The position numbers were made by a program, and so were the translations under genes. Below the pieces are notes generated by a model, which made no database searches, was not told where the DNA came from, and was given only the letters and a program-made list of their open reading frames with translations. From Oikopleura dioica (lineage: Eukaryota; Animalia; Chordata), in the NCBI GenBank assembly GCA_907165135.1, contig OU015568.1, positions 8,556,001 through 8,620,000 of the forward strand: a stretch of DNA of 64,000 bases, given 5' to 3'. Each line of letters opens with the position of its first letter. The stretch's first letter is position 1. Positions 37,498-50,305 of the stretch are shown in pieces.

Positions 37498-39902
37498 TCA
37501 GTTCTTTTGAGGGAGGAGAGCGGAGCGTGAGCGCGTTGAATCCACACGCGTTATCGATTGACTACGGTGGAGTTCTTCCGTTTTCTGGAAGTCGACGGGG
37601 GTGTACTGGACGGTGGCGCTCGGCGTTTTCGGTGTCCGAGGCGTTGAGTTTGAGGATGACATAGAATTGTGCTCCACGGTCACGTAATTCATCGAAGAGC
37701 CTTCTGGTCGCGTTAATGCGTCCATGGGAGGAAAGATAAAACGCTAAAATAGATTGTTAGGGTATTGAAATACAGGTAGTCTTTGTTGTACTACTTAAAA
37801 CTAGAAGTACAGACTCTGTACTACAGAGTAGTAATTGTTGTATTTTAGTAGTACCTTGCAAGATTGGGGAGGAGCAGTGAAGGAACTAATGCCAGGCGTT
37901 CTTGGTGCTGTGAACTCATCGGGCTGGTTGGGCTGAACGTAAATCGGATCACTCGAGTTGTGTTGTTTGAATCTCTGAAGTTTGTGGTTAAGATCTAATG
38001 CCACTTGATCTCCATGCTTAATCCGCGACCATGGGAAAACGCCAGGGTGAACTCGACTACACAACTTGAAGCGCGTGTTGTTTCATTTGACAGCGCGGTA
38101 CACAACGCTCTGTATGCTTTGAGCTTTCGCCTAGACACGCTTGTCAACTTTGCGAAAGGGTAAAGTGCAGAATTATGAGTAGGCATTGATTTTCACTATC
38201 GCAAAAACGGTAAAATCAAGAAAACCAAAGTCATGACAAAACATGTCGATTTCTTGTCAAGAATCTTGGAAGGGCATTTTTTATGAAATCTTCGAATAAA
38301 AACGTTTAAGAATTGAACAGAATGGGTCAGTATATTTGTTCCGAAAATAGTAAAATTCCTGCTTTCAAAAGAAACAAATTATATTTGAAGTTTAGGAGCT
38401 TCAATGTGTACTGTAAATTCTACGACTTGTAGATCGAGTTTTTAGCTGGTTTACGATGGTCAAGGCTCGAGTTAATAAATGGAGTTGAGTTTGATTATAT
38501 TTTACCATGTGATGATTTGGATTTGGCGTTGAAACATTGGAAGGCATTAGCAGTGGCTCACAATCGGAGCGAGCCGATAACTGATTCAGCAAGCCAGATG
38601 ATCGGGTTGAAAGCGATGTGCGCGAGGTTACAGTGTCTCGGTCTGTATTGCCTCCGGAACCGCAGAAAAACTGAAAATCGCGCGTAAATCAACTACTCGC
38701 GTGATATTCAGCTGTTAATTGAAATGATTTTTTTTTCTTTTTAAGCGAAATTAGTTGTTAGCGAGAATTCAATAAAACATTTGTTAGCAAAATTTTTATA
38801 AATTTTGTCTGTAATAAAAGAGCACTCAAATACTCACCGAACCACTGCCAAAACGCATTTGAGGAGGCATCCCAGGCCAGTTGGGCTCAAAGGTGCTCGG
38901 CGGACTCGTCTTTGGCGGTGCCATGCGGCGCTTTTGAAGTTCTGCCCGTGTCAGCGGCGGCTGGTCAAGGACGAATTTTCCACTCGCCTGGTCCATGTTA
39001 TTCAGTGGCTGCTCGTCTTCGGCTACTGGTGACAGCGGCATGTTGAATCTGCTGCCACCAAACTTAAGTTCAAAGTTAGTTTGCGGCGGTTCGAAATCAA
39101 GGAAGAGAATCATTAGAGAACGTGGTTGTAGTTCTCTGGCACATAGAAGAACTAAATAAATTGATAGAAAGAAAACGTACCGATGAGTTATTCCTTGGAG
39201 TTTGAGGAGGAACAACTGGTTGCTCTGTATTCACATAATTATTATCTCCAGGCGGCGGTTGACTACTCGTCCCCAACGATCCCGGCTGAAAGTGAGGCAA
39301 AGCAAGGGGGTCGACCATCTGCGGCGTACTATGAGTATGAATCGACCCGTTCAAATGAAAACTGCTCGGCTGGCTTGTATTGTGACCGGGAGTTGTCGGA
39401 GTCGGCGTTGAAACGGGAGTGTAACGCAATGTCCCGCGAGAAATTCGCTTACTCGCTTCGCTGATTTTCTTCTGTAGCTGCTCGAAGAGTTTTTCGTGGC
39501 GCTTGCAATAGAAAAGATACTGAACGTCTGGCTCGTTTCGGAACCCTAGAACAGTGGTTAGAAAAGAGTGGTCGAGTTGATACACTACCTTTTACTTCAA
39601 GAAGAATGGCAGGTTGATTGAGTTCTGGAATTCCGTAACGAAGCACATATAGAGAATTGCTATCCGGATATAGCTATATTAAAAATATTATTATATTGCT
39701 AGAGGAAGGATTAAATTACCGAAATAGTTTTCTCCGGCTTTTCTCGTCTTCCTTTGCGCATTATGATTATTTGCTTGTCCGTCAAGCGAAGTATAAATAG
39801 CTGCTTTCTTCGATACTTTTCATCCAGCTGTCGTATTCGATAGACATTATCGCATGTTTCGGCGGAACTGCTACCCGCCGCTGTCGAGGTACATGCTCCC
39901 AT
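37498..39902 (-). CDS. FRS2: FRS2/FRS3-like FGFR adaptor (myristoylated IRS-type PTB domain)
   Basis: MGACTS lipidation motif. PTB-like ILRLTDKQIII...VLRYG...LLEVKG...YLFYCKRHEKLFEQLQ. Disordered tail with NYVN (Grb2-type) and paired C-terminal NYVTV / VQYTPVDF (Shp2-type) tyrosines, plus many S/T-P sites. Middle exons are approximate. Confidence 0.78.
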
Positions 39903-40038
39903 TCTCTTTCTCGATTCCGATTTCGATGCTCGATCACACTTTTTTTGATAATCTTTCTAAAAAGAAAAAGGTTTTAAAAATGTCTGTTGTATCTTTCCAA
40001 TGTGTGATAGAAGACAAGTAGATGTGGGGGTGAACTTA

Positions 40039-43000
40039 TTAGGAAAATAACTTCGCAAAATCGGCATTTGAGAGGCCGGCCTTTTTGGGCTTTTGGGATT
40101 TCTCTCCGGAATCGGATTTCTCCTCGGACACTGGTTCAGGTGCTGGCTTGGAAGGGACACTAGTAGCTTTCTTTGTTGCTGCTTGAGCGCTACTTTTGAT
40201 ATTTCTCGGCACTGATTTTGGAGGATGAATTATCGCCCTCGCGAGGGTACTCAATAAAGCCATAAAAATGTCATCCCTCTTTGCCTAGATTAAATTTACT
40301 CCTGGGTGTTGCGTAGGCCGTCTTTGAAATATCAATAATCTTCGGTTCGTCCGAAGCTTGTTTGCCACGCTTTGGCGGGTCACTGTATTTAAGGGTTGAC
40401 CGTGAAATCAGAAAACATATTGATTGAATACATTTGTGTATTTAGAGAAGGGGTGCATCATTTGAGGCATAAAAAACTTGCATTTTACGAAAGTACGAAA
40501 AATCAACCAATCAAAAGCTCTTAAATTGAAAGTCGCCCAATAAGATGAGGGTAAAATAAAACATACTTATTAAAAACAACAACATGCTTACGCTTAGAAC
40601 TAACCTTAAAAAAGTAAAACATGAAAATCTTCTGACAGAAATCTCTTAATCAGTAGGCTTTTGTAGAACACGTCATAGGTGAAAAGCGACAAAATATTTC
40701 CGGTGTTTGAGCGGAATAAGACTCTAGGTGTAAGTTTTTAGTGCGCAAGCGTACAACCCGATTGCTCGTTAGCACATCGTAAAGTTCCGCGCTACTCGCA
40801 TAGCAGCGCGCACGAATAAAGAAAATAAAAGAAGAATTCAAAAGCTTATGCCTATTATTCAATAAACTTGGGTGGTGGTTAATCTGCATCTGCGCTAAAA
40901 TGGATAAATGCTGACATTTGATTTTTTGATAGATATCTTCTACAGATAAAAATCTCAAGGAAGCTCAAAATTTTGGTTAAAATTTTGACAATTTATAGGG
41001 TCGAAAAGAATTAAATTTCAGACGAAAAGAATCTTATGACCAAGAAAATAATGATTCAAGATGAAGTGCCATCCCCTTGAAAACTGAACTACTCAATTCT
41101 ATAAATTTAAAAGTATTTCGAAAATGACTGAAGTCTGACTAGTAAAATTGCAATGGCAATTTCAGAAAAAGAGCAGCCTCAAACCTCTGACACTTCCCAC
41201 GCCCTTTCGTTCGCTAAGTTTAGATCCAGAATAATCCACCGTTCCCAAGTTTCACTCGATTACGGGCGAAAACTATTACCTGTCACCAGATAATCCGGGA
41301 GGAAATATTTTCTCAACGTTAAGACTTATTCAACGCCACTGTGTTTTATGGAAGATGTATTTTACGATCCGAGGGGCGATTTAATAATTTTCCGGCTCTA
41401 ATCTCCCAAAATGAAAAAATAAAATATGCAGTGACGCGCATTTTTTCTCTCTCCTTCGTTTTCTCAAAAATGCCGCAGAATTTGCCAAGGCCATTTGCGT
41501 TTTACAGGCCCCGAAGAAAAAAATGGAATGCGCCGTGGAACCCTTGCGCCGCAAAATTTACTTTTGGGTCGATTTTTACGCACTTGTAAACTTGACATGG
41601 ATTTTTCCAATCGCTACATTTTCGAGGCTTTATGGCGATTTGGGATCATCATAAATGTCGAGCAGGGAAAACACGAGGATTTTATGGTCTGTGAAAGGGT
41701 GGATCGAAATGATAGACCGGAGTTTCAGAAGATAAATTAAGGAGATACCCCCTATTATTAATACTACAGGAATACTTGTATTTAGGGAGTTTTAAAAAGC
41801 TTTTCTCTGAAATAATTTCTCAGGAAGCCAATTCCCTCTCTTTTTTTCTGTCTTCTTTTGATCTCTTATTTTAATTCTAGCTCTGTAAAAAGCTACAGGT
41901 ACTTGAAGACGATTAGATCATCTTGTTTACAGCCGCTTTGGCGTTTTTTGTGGAGCCTGTTTTGAACAAATGCTGGCGGATAATTATGCCAAATATTAAC
42001 CATATATCGCAAATATTGGCGCTTGCTCTCTGGTGACCAAACTAATCGTGTCAGACTAGTACGATGCGGTAAATTCGCGGATGTCCGCCCCCAGCTACCT
42101 GTTTATATAAAACGAAAAAAGGGAAATAAGCTCTTGTTCCAATTAATTCTGAGAATTTGAGTTATGGCAGTCTAGCCGGATGGTATCGCGCAATTGTGTC
42201 CGAAAAAGACAAACAAAAGTGACAAAACCACCATTTAGTAAATAATCTCGTCAAGCCACTGTCAATAGGGCACTTTTTATGCGCTGTTGATAGTAGCCAC
42301 TAAGCGTATAGAAGAAAAAGTGAATACTGTACTCCCTTACAGACGTTCAGACTCTCTTAGACTTCCACGACTTCACTCAATAACGAAAATTGAATCTCTA
42401 CGTAAATGGATTACTCCCCGGAGGCGAGTACTACAGCTCGAACAAGGTGCCAATCGCGATTTTTAAATCTGCTAATCGCTTCCCGCATCCTGCAAAGTCG
42501 CCTCAGCTAAATGAGCCTACACCTTGACTATCTTGTGCCAAAAGTGCGTAAATTCTTAACACAGGGGCTACAATCTTTCCAAGAAGTCCTCTCGAAAAAG
42601 GCAGTCTTGGAATACAAGGCCTCTGTCTCATCGACAATCTTAGGGTTGAGCTTTGCTGAAGGTCTCGTTGATGAACCTAGCGTCAATAAATCTTTTTCCC
42701 CGAATGACGCCATTTCATCAATAAAAAACTGATTTCCAATCAAAAACGCCAAAAACATAAATAACTATCCGATGCATGGCTGTTGATTTCGAGTCCTTTG
42801 GTTTTACCCGGCATTTTTTTCCGGGCAACCCGCAGATTTTTCTACGGGTTACTCGCGCGGAGACCCGTGCGAGTAGATCGAGTAAATGGATAAAGTATAA
42901 TCGCGAGCTACTCGTGAAAATTTCGCCTAGAAAGAAGAAAATTCGCTCGTCTGATTGGCTCGAGAAAAAGGGTTGCGGGTAATCGCGAGCTACTCGGCGG

Positions 43001-46000
43001 AATGGAGAAAACAAGTAGCGCGGGTAGCCCGTGAAAAAGACTCTCCGTGCGAGTAACCCGCTGAAAAATCAGTGGGTTGCCCGGAAAAAAATGCCGGGTA
43101 AAACCAAAGGACTCGAAATCAACAGCCATGATCCGATGTTTAAACACAAGGCCCGCACGCTAATACACCCGGAACCTGCCCCCTTCCGCTTCAGCTACTC
43201 GCAGCGGAAATTAAAATCCCCCACATTGTTAGTATCTCCTTGAGCTTGAACAAATCTCATCTTATCGGCTACTGTGTGTATGTTTTCTCTCGATACGGGT
43301 AAAAATATTTGCTAAAAAGAAACGACATGTCTGTTTTTTCGTCTTCAAGGAATTCTGAGCGGTAAGAAAGTAGAAAAAAGTAAGAAAATCGCTGCTCTTT
43401 GATCTACCGCATGTTCACCGTTGTGACACTGATAATCCTCTCTCGGCTCCGTGATCGATGACGATTCATAAAACTCAATTACGAGGTTATAACTAACACG
43501 AATAATTGTCCGGCACGCGAGCCGCCGCGGCGTGGAGAAAAACCCATTACTTTCAGAATTGGCGCAATTAGGCCAGAAACAAGTTTTCGCGTTGAAAAAA
43601 TCTAATGCAGCAGAAAGCGCTCAGAAAAAAATATACGGTCAACCTTGCCTGACAAGAACTTCAATAACGTGTCCAAAAACTTCTTTTTGATGGAGCATCA
43701 AATTTGCTTTCGTCGCTTCGAGAGCTAATAAACAGATGTCAACAGGACTGTATTTTACGGTTTATTAGCTAAGTTAGTTTTGTCGGCAAAATGTTTAATC
43801 AGCCCATAACTCAGCCATTATAAATAATTGTACCTGTTGCAAATTCAACATAGAAAAACGGCTTTCTTCTTCCCTCTCGTGTCTCTGGCAGTCGCGTGTC
43901 TTTTTATCATAGTTGGAAAATTGAAAAACTCGAAATTGAAATAAAGTATTTTGTCCTTGAGGAACAACATTGGTCCTCCCCCGAGGTGGATTTTTATTTA
44001 TACGCCTGTCATTAGGCACAGAGAAGACGTTAATGGACATCTATAAATCAAAGTCGGCCTGATTAACCGCCTCGTGGCTACGGATGGATTTTGAAATTTG
44101 GATGCCGAAGACAACGAGGACTAACTTGATTTTTTTTCCAACCGAGCCTATTATGGTGCCACACTTTTCGAACACTTGACGGATTTCGTCGATCGACAGT
44201 GGTTTCGGATGTTTGACAAAAACTCGATGGTCTTCTTTCCCATCATTGAACTTGAAGTCTTAACAAGAAGAATTGATACACGTGTTTAGATACTTGTTGT
44301 TACTTGTTTTGATGTCTGGGGATGTTGTTTTTAGACACAAAAGCCCCAGTCACCGGCGCGCGGTATATCACAGTTGTAGCTGATTTTATAAGTGGCCGTG
44401 ATACTCGAAAATGCGCGAATATACAGAGCATGAGGCTCTTTGATATTTGAGTGCTCCTCTCGATTATTATTTCCCAAAAAAGTACCTTTTTTATTTTTAC
44501 TGTCGCCTGGTTCCGAAAACTTTGAAACGAAGCACGGCCGTCCATTTATCTTCGTTCTGTCTCTGAGCAATGCATTATCGTGCCCTTTTTTCTCTTTGAA
44601 AAGAACGTATCCATATCCTCGGAAAAGAACGCCGTTTTTGACCATTCGGAATTCTTCGATTTCGCCGCAGCCGACGAAGATCTTCTTCAACTCCTTCTCC
44701 GGGTTCTTTAATTTGTAGTCCATGTTTGACACGTAAACAGTTCTTTCTTTCTCCTCGGTAGTTTCGGCATGTTTGAATTTCGGCTGATTAGGGTCGAGCT
44801 CTTCTTTTTCTTCATTTTTGCTTGGTTTTTTGTTATTGTCGGTTTTTTGAATGGGCGGCGGGCGCTTTTTGGGCTGAACTGGCTTTTTGGAACCAAACGC
44901 AACAGGTAACCCCATAGGCGGGGCCATCGGCATTGGCGCTTTGAAATCACCAGCTGGGGGATTCATTGATTCCGAAGAATCCGTTTCCATCCTGGACACA
45001 AATTTGTAAATCAATAGAAAACAGGTACGCCACTTACTTTTGGGGAGAAACAGATGCTCCAGAGTCGCCATTCTGTTTTGGATTTTTCTTGTGTTTCTTT
45101 CTCTCTGGCTCAATACAAGCTGCATCATCTGAATTGCCTTGACTCTCATCAATCTGCTTCACAAAAGCCATTGCCTAAAAAAACGCATTGAGTCTGATTC
45201 TTTATCGCTATTCAATAAACTCTCATTGATAGGAGGCTGCTGGATCCATTCCCAGCAAAAAACGAGCAACTTTTTTATTATCATTGATCTTATCAAACTT
45301 CTTTTTTTTTGCTTGCAAAGCATGAGAAAAAAAGGTTGAGCTTCAACCATTGAAAAACGAGCTCATTACCTTGAATTCTTTCTTTCCAATTTTCTTCGAC
45401 TGTTTTTCTGCTCGTTTTTGAGCCTTTTCCTTCTCCGCTGCTTCTTTTTGTTCCTTTCTGATGTTTTCTTCTTGTTTCTTGGCGATGGAGGACACCGTCG
45501 ATTCAAGGTCTTCTTGTGTTCCATACATTCTTTCAAAATGCAACGCTTTCATGAATATATCGTAGCAGTTCACTTTCGAAAACATAATCCCTAATCAATA
45601 ACGTTGAAAAATAACCAGTCGAAAGCCGGAAATTACAACAATTACTACCACTTTGAGATTTCTACTTTGAGTAATTTTTTTCAACGCTTCCTTTTTTATA
45701 GATTTTGCGAACGAGCTGAAGATCGCCGTGAAATTGCTCCAATTCAGCGAAACGCACCCAATTCTTACCGTCTTGTCCGAAGTTCGACTTCAGCAGTTTC
45801 TCAAATTTCGATCGGCCGCGTGGCAATTCGTCGAAGAAGACCATTTCTACTTCTGCGGCGAATGTTTCGAACTCTTGGACAAGATCTGAGGCGCTTAACG
45901 AGAGGCTGATCTGGATTGCTTTTTTGACAGCAGTTCGGAACGCGTTCTTCGCGTCATCGCTTATGTTCGACAGAGAATCTTCCATGTCATCATCATTTTG

Positions 46001-47234
46001 AGTGGCTCGGCGTCTGTATATTAACACAAGCTGCCAGAGCAAGCCCTGTAACCGCTCAATGCCAACGCCTTCTAGTGCTTCCACAGCGTCGTCGAACACT
46101 TTCATTGGATCTTCATCCGTCAAGCTCAATCTCTCTAGCCACAGGTTCTCATCCCAAGAACAGTTTCTCGCGGCGCGCACCGAAATCTTTCGCAAATTTG
46201 GACTTTTTATTTTCTTCGCCCATGCGAGGAATTCCAGCCAAAGCGCTGGATTCAAGCATAATTGCGTCGTTGCGCGGTCGTACGCAAATTCGATGCGAAC
46301 TGGGTCTGACTTCTTGATTTCGTACTTGAGGTATTCTTTCCAAATCTCGCCCAGTTCACTTGGATTGTCGGTCAATCTCAACTTCGCTTCAAACTCGTCG
46401 ATCTCTTTCAACTTTATCTTCGCCGCGTCGTAGTCGCATTTGACCTTTTTCCAGAGTTCGCTATCGATTTGCTTCAATTCCTTGAATGCGACTTCGTTGT
46501 CGTACAGTGGCAGTGCAACCTGACGTCGCAGGATTTTCGTCACGCGTTCTTTTTTGTCCTCTCCGTCAAGTGCTGTTTCTGTTTCGCGGTAGATTTCCCA
46601 AATTGGAGCACCTTTCTCTGGGTGCAAACCAACTTTCAACGAGGATTTTCAAATCAAAATAGTTCGTATTATACAGAATAAGACGTTTCTAGTCATAACT
46701 TGATCATTTCTCTATTCAGCTTATTATTTTTAATCTCAATCCCCTTCCTTGAGTAATTGCTCGTTCACAAAGCGCTCTGAATTTCCCAAGGCCACCTTCC
46801 GCGCCCAGCCATCGCAGAGCATATTGGCAATAATTGAGCCACAAATCTGGGCACAAATAGTCTCCCACGGCAGTTTCGTATAGCTCAACAAGTTTTTCAT
46901 GCTCCTCTTCTGTTTCCGTAAGTGAAGTTTCATCTGCGATCCATTCTATCCACAGCTTCTCGGTTAGCGGAAAGATCGCGGCGAAATTTTCCCTGGCAGT
47001 GCGTAATTCGTCTAGTTCGCCGGATTCTTTGCAGATTTTGATTAGTTCTAGGTGTTTGTCGTAATTGGAAGGGTTCAGGGCGAGTTCGTCTTTTATACTC
47101 TTTATCGAAGCGTCAGCTGAATATAAATAACCATCATCGAAAGCGAAAATACTCGACTTACCCATGTCTTCATCATCAGAACTATCATCGGATCCATCAT
47201 TTCCATGATAATGCTTGATTTCTTGTTCAGGCAT
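40039..47234 (-). CDS. SART3: SART3/p110/Prp24, U4/U6 snRNP recycling factor
   Basis: HAT repeats (FPLTEKLWIEWI, DYLCPDLWLNY, ARNCSW), RRM1 (RTVYVSNM...FRGYGYVLF), RRM2 split over three exons (HRVFVKH; RKPFFYVEF; VIEVLVS|DPP), and the C-terminal Lsm-binding motif LSNADFAKLF ending at 40039. Confidence 0.93.
42775..43130. mobile_element. hAT-type MITE (356 bp) in the long SART3 intron
   Basis: TIRs begin CATGGCTGTTGATTTCGAGTCCTTTGGTTTTACCCGGC and extend ~90 bp. Perfect 8-bp TSD ATCCGATG (42767-42774, 43131-43138). Confidence 0.95.
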
Positions 47235-47397
47235 TTTCAATTGAAAGTTTCAATTTGAAACTCGTTTTCAACCTCGATCTAAAATAACAAAAATTAAAAA
47301 CCGTCTTTCAACATAACGAACGAACAGTAATTTTGGTTGAAGACAGCAGGTATTTGAATTGGAAGAAGCAGGATTCTTGAAAAGGATCATTTCCATC

Positions 47398-49957
47398 TTA
47401 TGAAGAATGCGCGACTTTTGTAAGGGCAATTTTGGCTTCGTCAGCTTTCTGGGCTATTTCGATTAGTTCCTGGGTTGTAATGTCGCCACCAGTTGTGGAG
47501 TTGTTCGGGTTAAGCATGTTCTGGGGCATTTGGTACTGTTCTAGCGGCTTGGTCAGGTCCCAGACTTGCACTGAGCCGTCCTAAATGCGCATTAGAATGA
47601 CTCTACCGATGTTTTAATTAAAATTACAAGGTGGCCAGTCATAACGAGTCGGAACGGCTTGAGTCCCATTCTCGGAAGGCTCTCAAAATCATGACTCAAG
47701 AATGTCGTAATCGGGGAGCCATTGACAGACGTCAGAGTTCCAATTCTAGCGCCTTTGTCCGCTGCTCTCACGAGGAGTGTGTCCGAAAGCTACCACTTGA
47801 GTGATGAATTGTTAATCTTGAAAATAACTCGTTACCTGCATAGGCAACTGGCAAAAGATCTGCGTTTCGTCAGAGTTACCCACGTCTCCGTAGGGCCCGC
47901 ATTTTATCGAAGAAGGTAAAGATGGCGAAGTTTGAGTGGTAGTGAGGTGGAAGTTGGCGAAGGGGGCGGAACCAGGCTGCGTGGAAAGAGTTCCACGAAA
48001 TCGGGTCATCGCCCAAGTACGAACGTGGTTTGATGCGCAGACGGAGATGAGAAATCGGCCCGAAAGAGCAACATTTGTGATCGGAGAACAGTGGACTAAA
48101 GGAACGAATTCGATAGGGTCCTGTTAAATCTATCATTCTAGGTACCTTTGTAGGTCTGCAAAAGCTGAAGAGAACGAAGTCCAAACTTGTTAAACCCTGG
48201 CGATTGAACCACAACGCGAACAGTGCCTTCTCTAGTCCCATAACAAAGTTCTAGCGTTTCCCAATCGTAGTGCTTCTCTTGCGTTGGATTGCGATCGTAT
48301 GACACCGCCAGCGCTGGAATTTATTCATGAGTTGTGTGTTCAAAAAAGGGTGAATAATTTACCGGTTATTGGTTCCTTCATTGGGTCAGTATACAGCTCC
48401 GTCACCAGTAGCGAGTTGTCTTTTGTCCTCAATGGAAATTTCTCCAAATCAGTGAAATGAATTCTTCCGCTGTCGCATCCCATGTAGACAAAAGTGCTCA
48501 CACTTTCAAGGCATAAAATCGTGTCTTCCAACTTTTGCTGCTGCCATTTTCCCCTTCGTTTCGTATTCCAAAACGCGATATTCTCCGAGCGCTCGGAAAC
48601 GCCCATCAGCTGCGTTCCGATGAAACGCAAGTGCTCGACTCTTAATGGAACCGACGAGCCGATTGATGAGCTCGAATAAGTGGAAATCGGCCTTTTAGCT
48701 CTGGAAGGGTCGAAATCGTGGGAGTCTTCTTCGAAGAATTCATCTCCGATGACGCGGAGGATCATGATCTTGGAGTCGTAGGAATACGCAATTATACAGT
48801 GATCGCCATCGTTGGAGCCAGAATGCATTGTCGGCGAGTTGCATTTGATTTGAATTCTTTGTACGGCTTTACATCGGAAATCGCTTCAGATTAGATATTT
48901 TTAAAGAAAGTCAAGCCTAGTTCCTTTCAGGTGGGTATTGAATTTCCTTGGCGCACTTGAATTGCCAACCGTGGTGCTCTTCGTAGCGAAATAATTCGAT
49001 GTATTTTGTATGGGCTACAGTTAGTACTGGGCCGTGGCCAGCTACTGCGCAGACCTGAATACAAAGTTACAGTTATGCTGCAATGAATTATGTAGAAAGA
49101 GCTAGAGAATGCATCAAAGATAAAGGAATTTTGATCGATTCGAAGAAGCTCAAGTCAAAATTAAACTGGAAATTGTTTGTTGTTGATGGAAGAATTTTAG
49201 GTGACCCCCATTTGGATTAGGCAACAAGAGCTTACCGGATCATTTGTTACTTCTGCGCGTTGAAGCATCTCCGAGAAAATAATCCCGCCGCAAATCTCCT
49301 TCTTCGTCGCCAAACAGGGCCGAATTCGGTTGCTCATCTCAGAAATGCCAAAGAACTCGACCTCATGGAGCAAATCGTTGAGATCTGTATCGTTAGGGTA
49401 TGAAACTCGCCGCGTTCGCAGGAAATAGAGAATGACTTTGAATAAGGCCGGATCGCGGTCGATAAATATCCGATTTTGGGAGTCGAACTTCAAAGGAGGA
49501 TGGAAATAAAAGAAGTTCATAAGTGTATAAGTGGCGCGTTTCTGTTTTTAAATTTGAGGGGTGAAAAAGGTCACGGCCGTGGAATTGGAGGCTTCAACGG
49601 AAAGTTTTATGCATCGAGAAAGTATAATACTTTTGCTAAATTTTGCTAAAAATGCAATTTGCTAAAATGCCAAATTGTACGTTTGTCGATGAATATTTTT
49701 TCTCGCAATTTACGATAAAAATTGAAAGATTTCTTTCTTTTTTTTCAAGAATATCGACGAAATCAAAAACATTTGAGTCTGAATTCATAATTCTCCATCC
49801 ATTCCTTGATTCCGACGCCATCTTCTCGAAACAAACCGGTAAAGAACGTTCCAGGATGCCAAGTCAGCGTTTCTACACTTGCGCAAAAAGTTTCCCCTCC
49901 CACATTCAGCCAAACAGGATCATTTCTTTTTCTTCCTTCGCTACTCTCTACTTCCAT
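47398..49957 (-). CDS. KCTD3: BTB/POZ plus WD40 protein, KCTD3/SHKBP1 family
   Basis: VWLNVGGETF...TLTWHPGTFFTGL; RIFIDRDPALFKVILYFLRT; LLHEVEFFGI; DLEKFPLRTKDNSLLVTELYTDP; NHVRTWAMTRFRGTLSTQPGS; GPYGD; DGSVQVWDLT. Confidence 0.93.
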
Positions 49958-50039
49958 TATTTTCAATTCTTTCTTCTTGGGAAAATCTCTTCAAAACCAA
50001 AAATATTTTCTTAATTGGGTTTAACTGTGGTGCTCCATT

Positions 50040-50105
50040 CCGGTAATTTCAGCCGGAAGTGGCGTCGAAATTGGCGCGCAAAAACTGAACGGAAGCGCGA
50101 AATCG
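50040..50105 (-). promoter_or_regulatory. Probable promoter at the head of the KCTD3-to-EMC3 cluster
   Basis: GCCGGAAGTG (ETS/GABP-type, 50052-50061), TTGGCGCGCAAA and GCGCGAAA (E2F-type) lie within ~150 nt upstream of the KCTD3 ATG. Confidence 0.55.
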
Positions 50106-50305
50106 TAGTAGAAATCCGAGACCCCAGCGCCAGCGGCCAGCCCACGCGCAGCGCAAAACACGTCAGAGAAAGTTTTTTTTACGCTCGATAGGTGGCGCTT
50201 TCTCTCATGCAGAATGTTAAGTTTTTCATAATGATGATTCTTATCCTTTATGAACGTTTTTCCTGCAATTTCTCGAAGAAGACTTCTGGTGAAAACGAAT
50301 TTTAT

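Noticed and set aside
40039-40263. Stand-alone small ORF ending SNADFAKLFS
   Set aside because: It is the last exon of SART3, not a separate gene.
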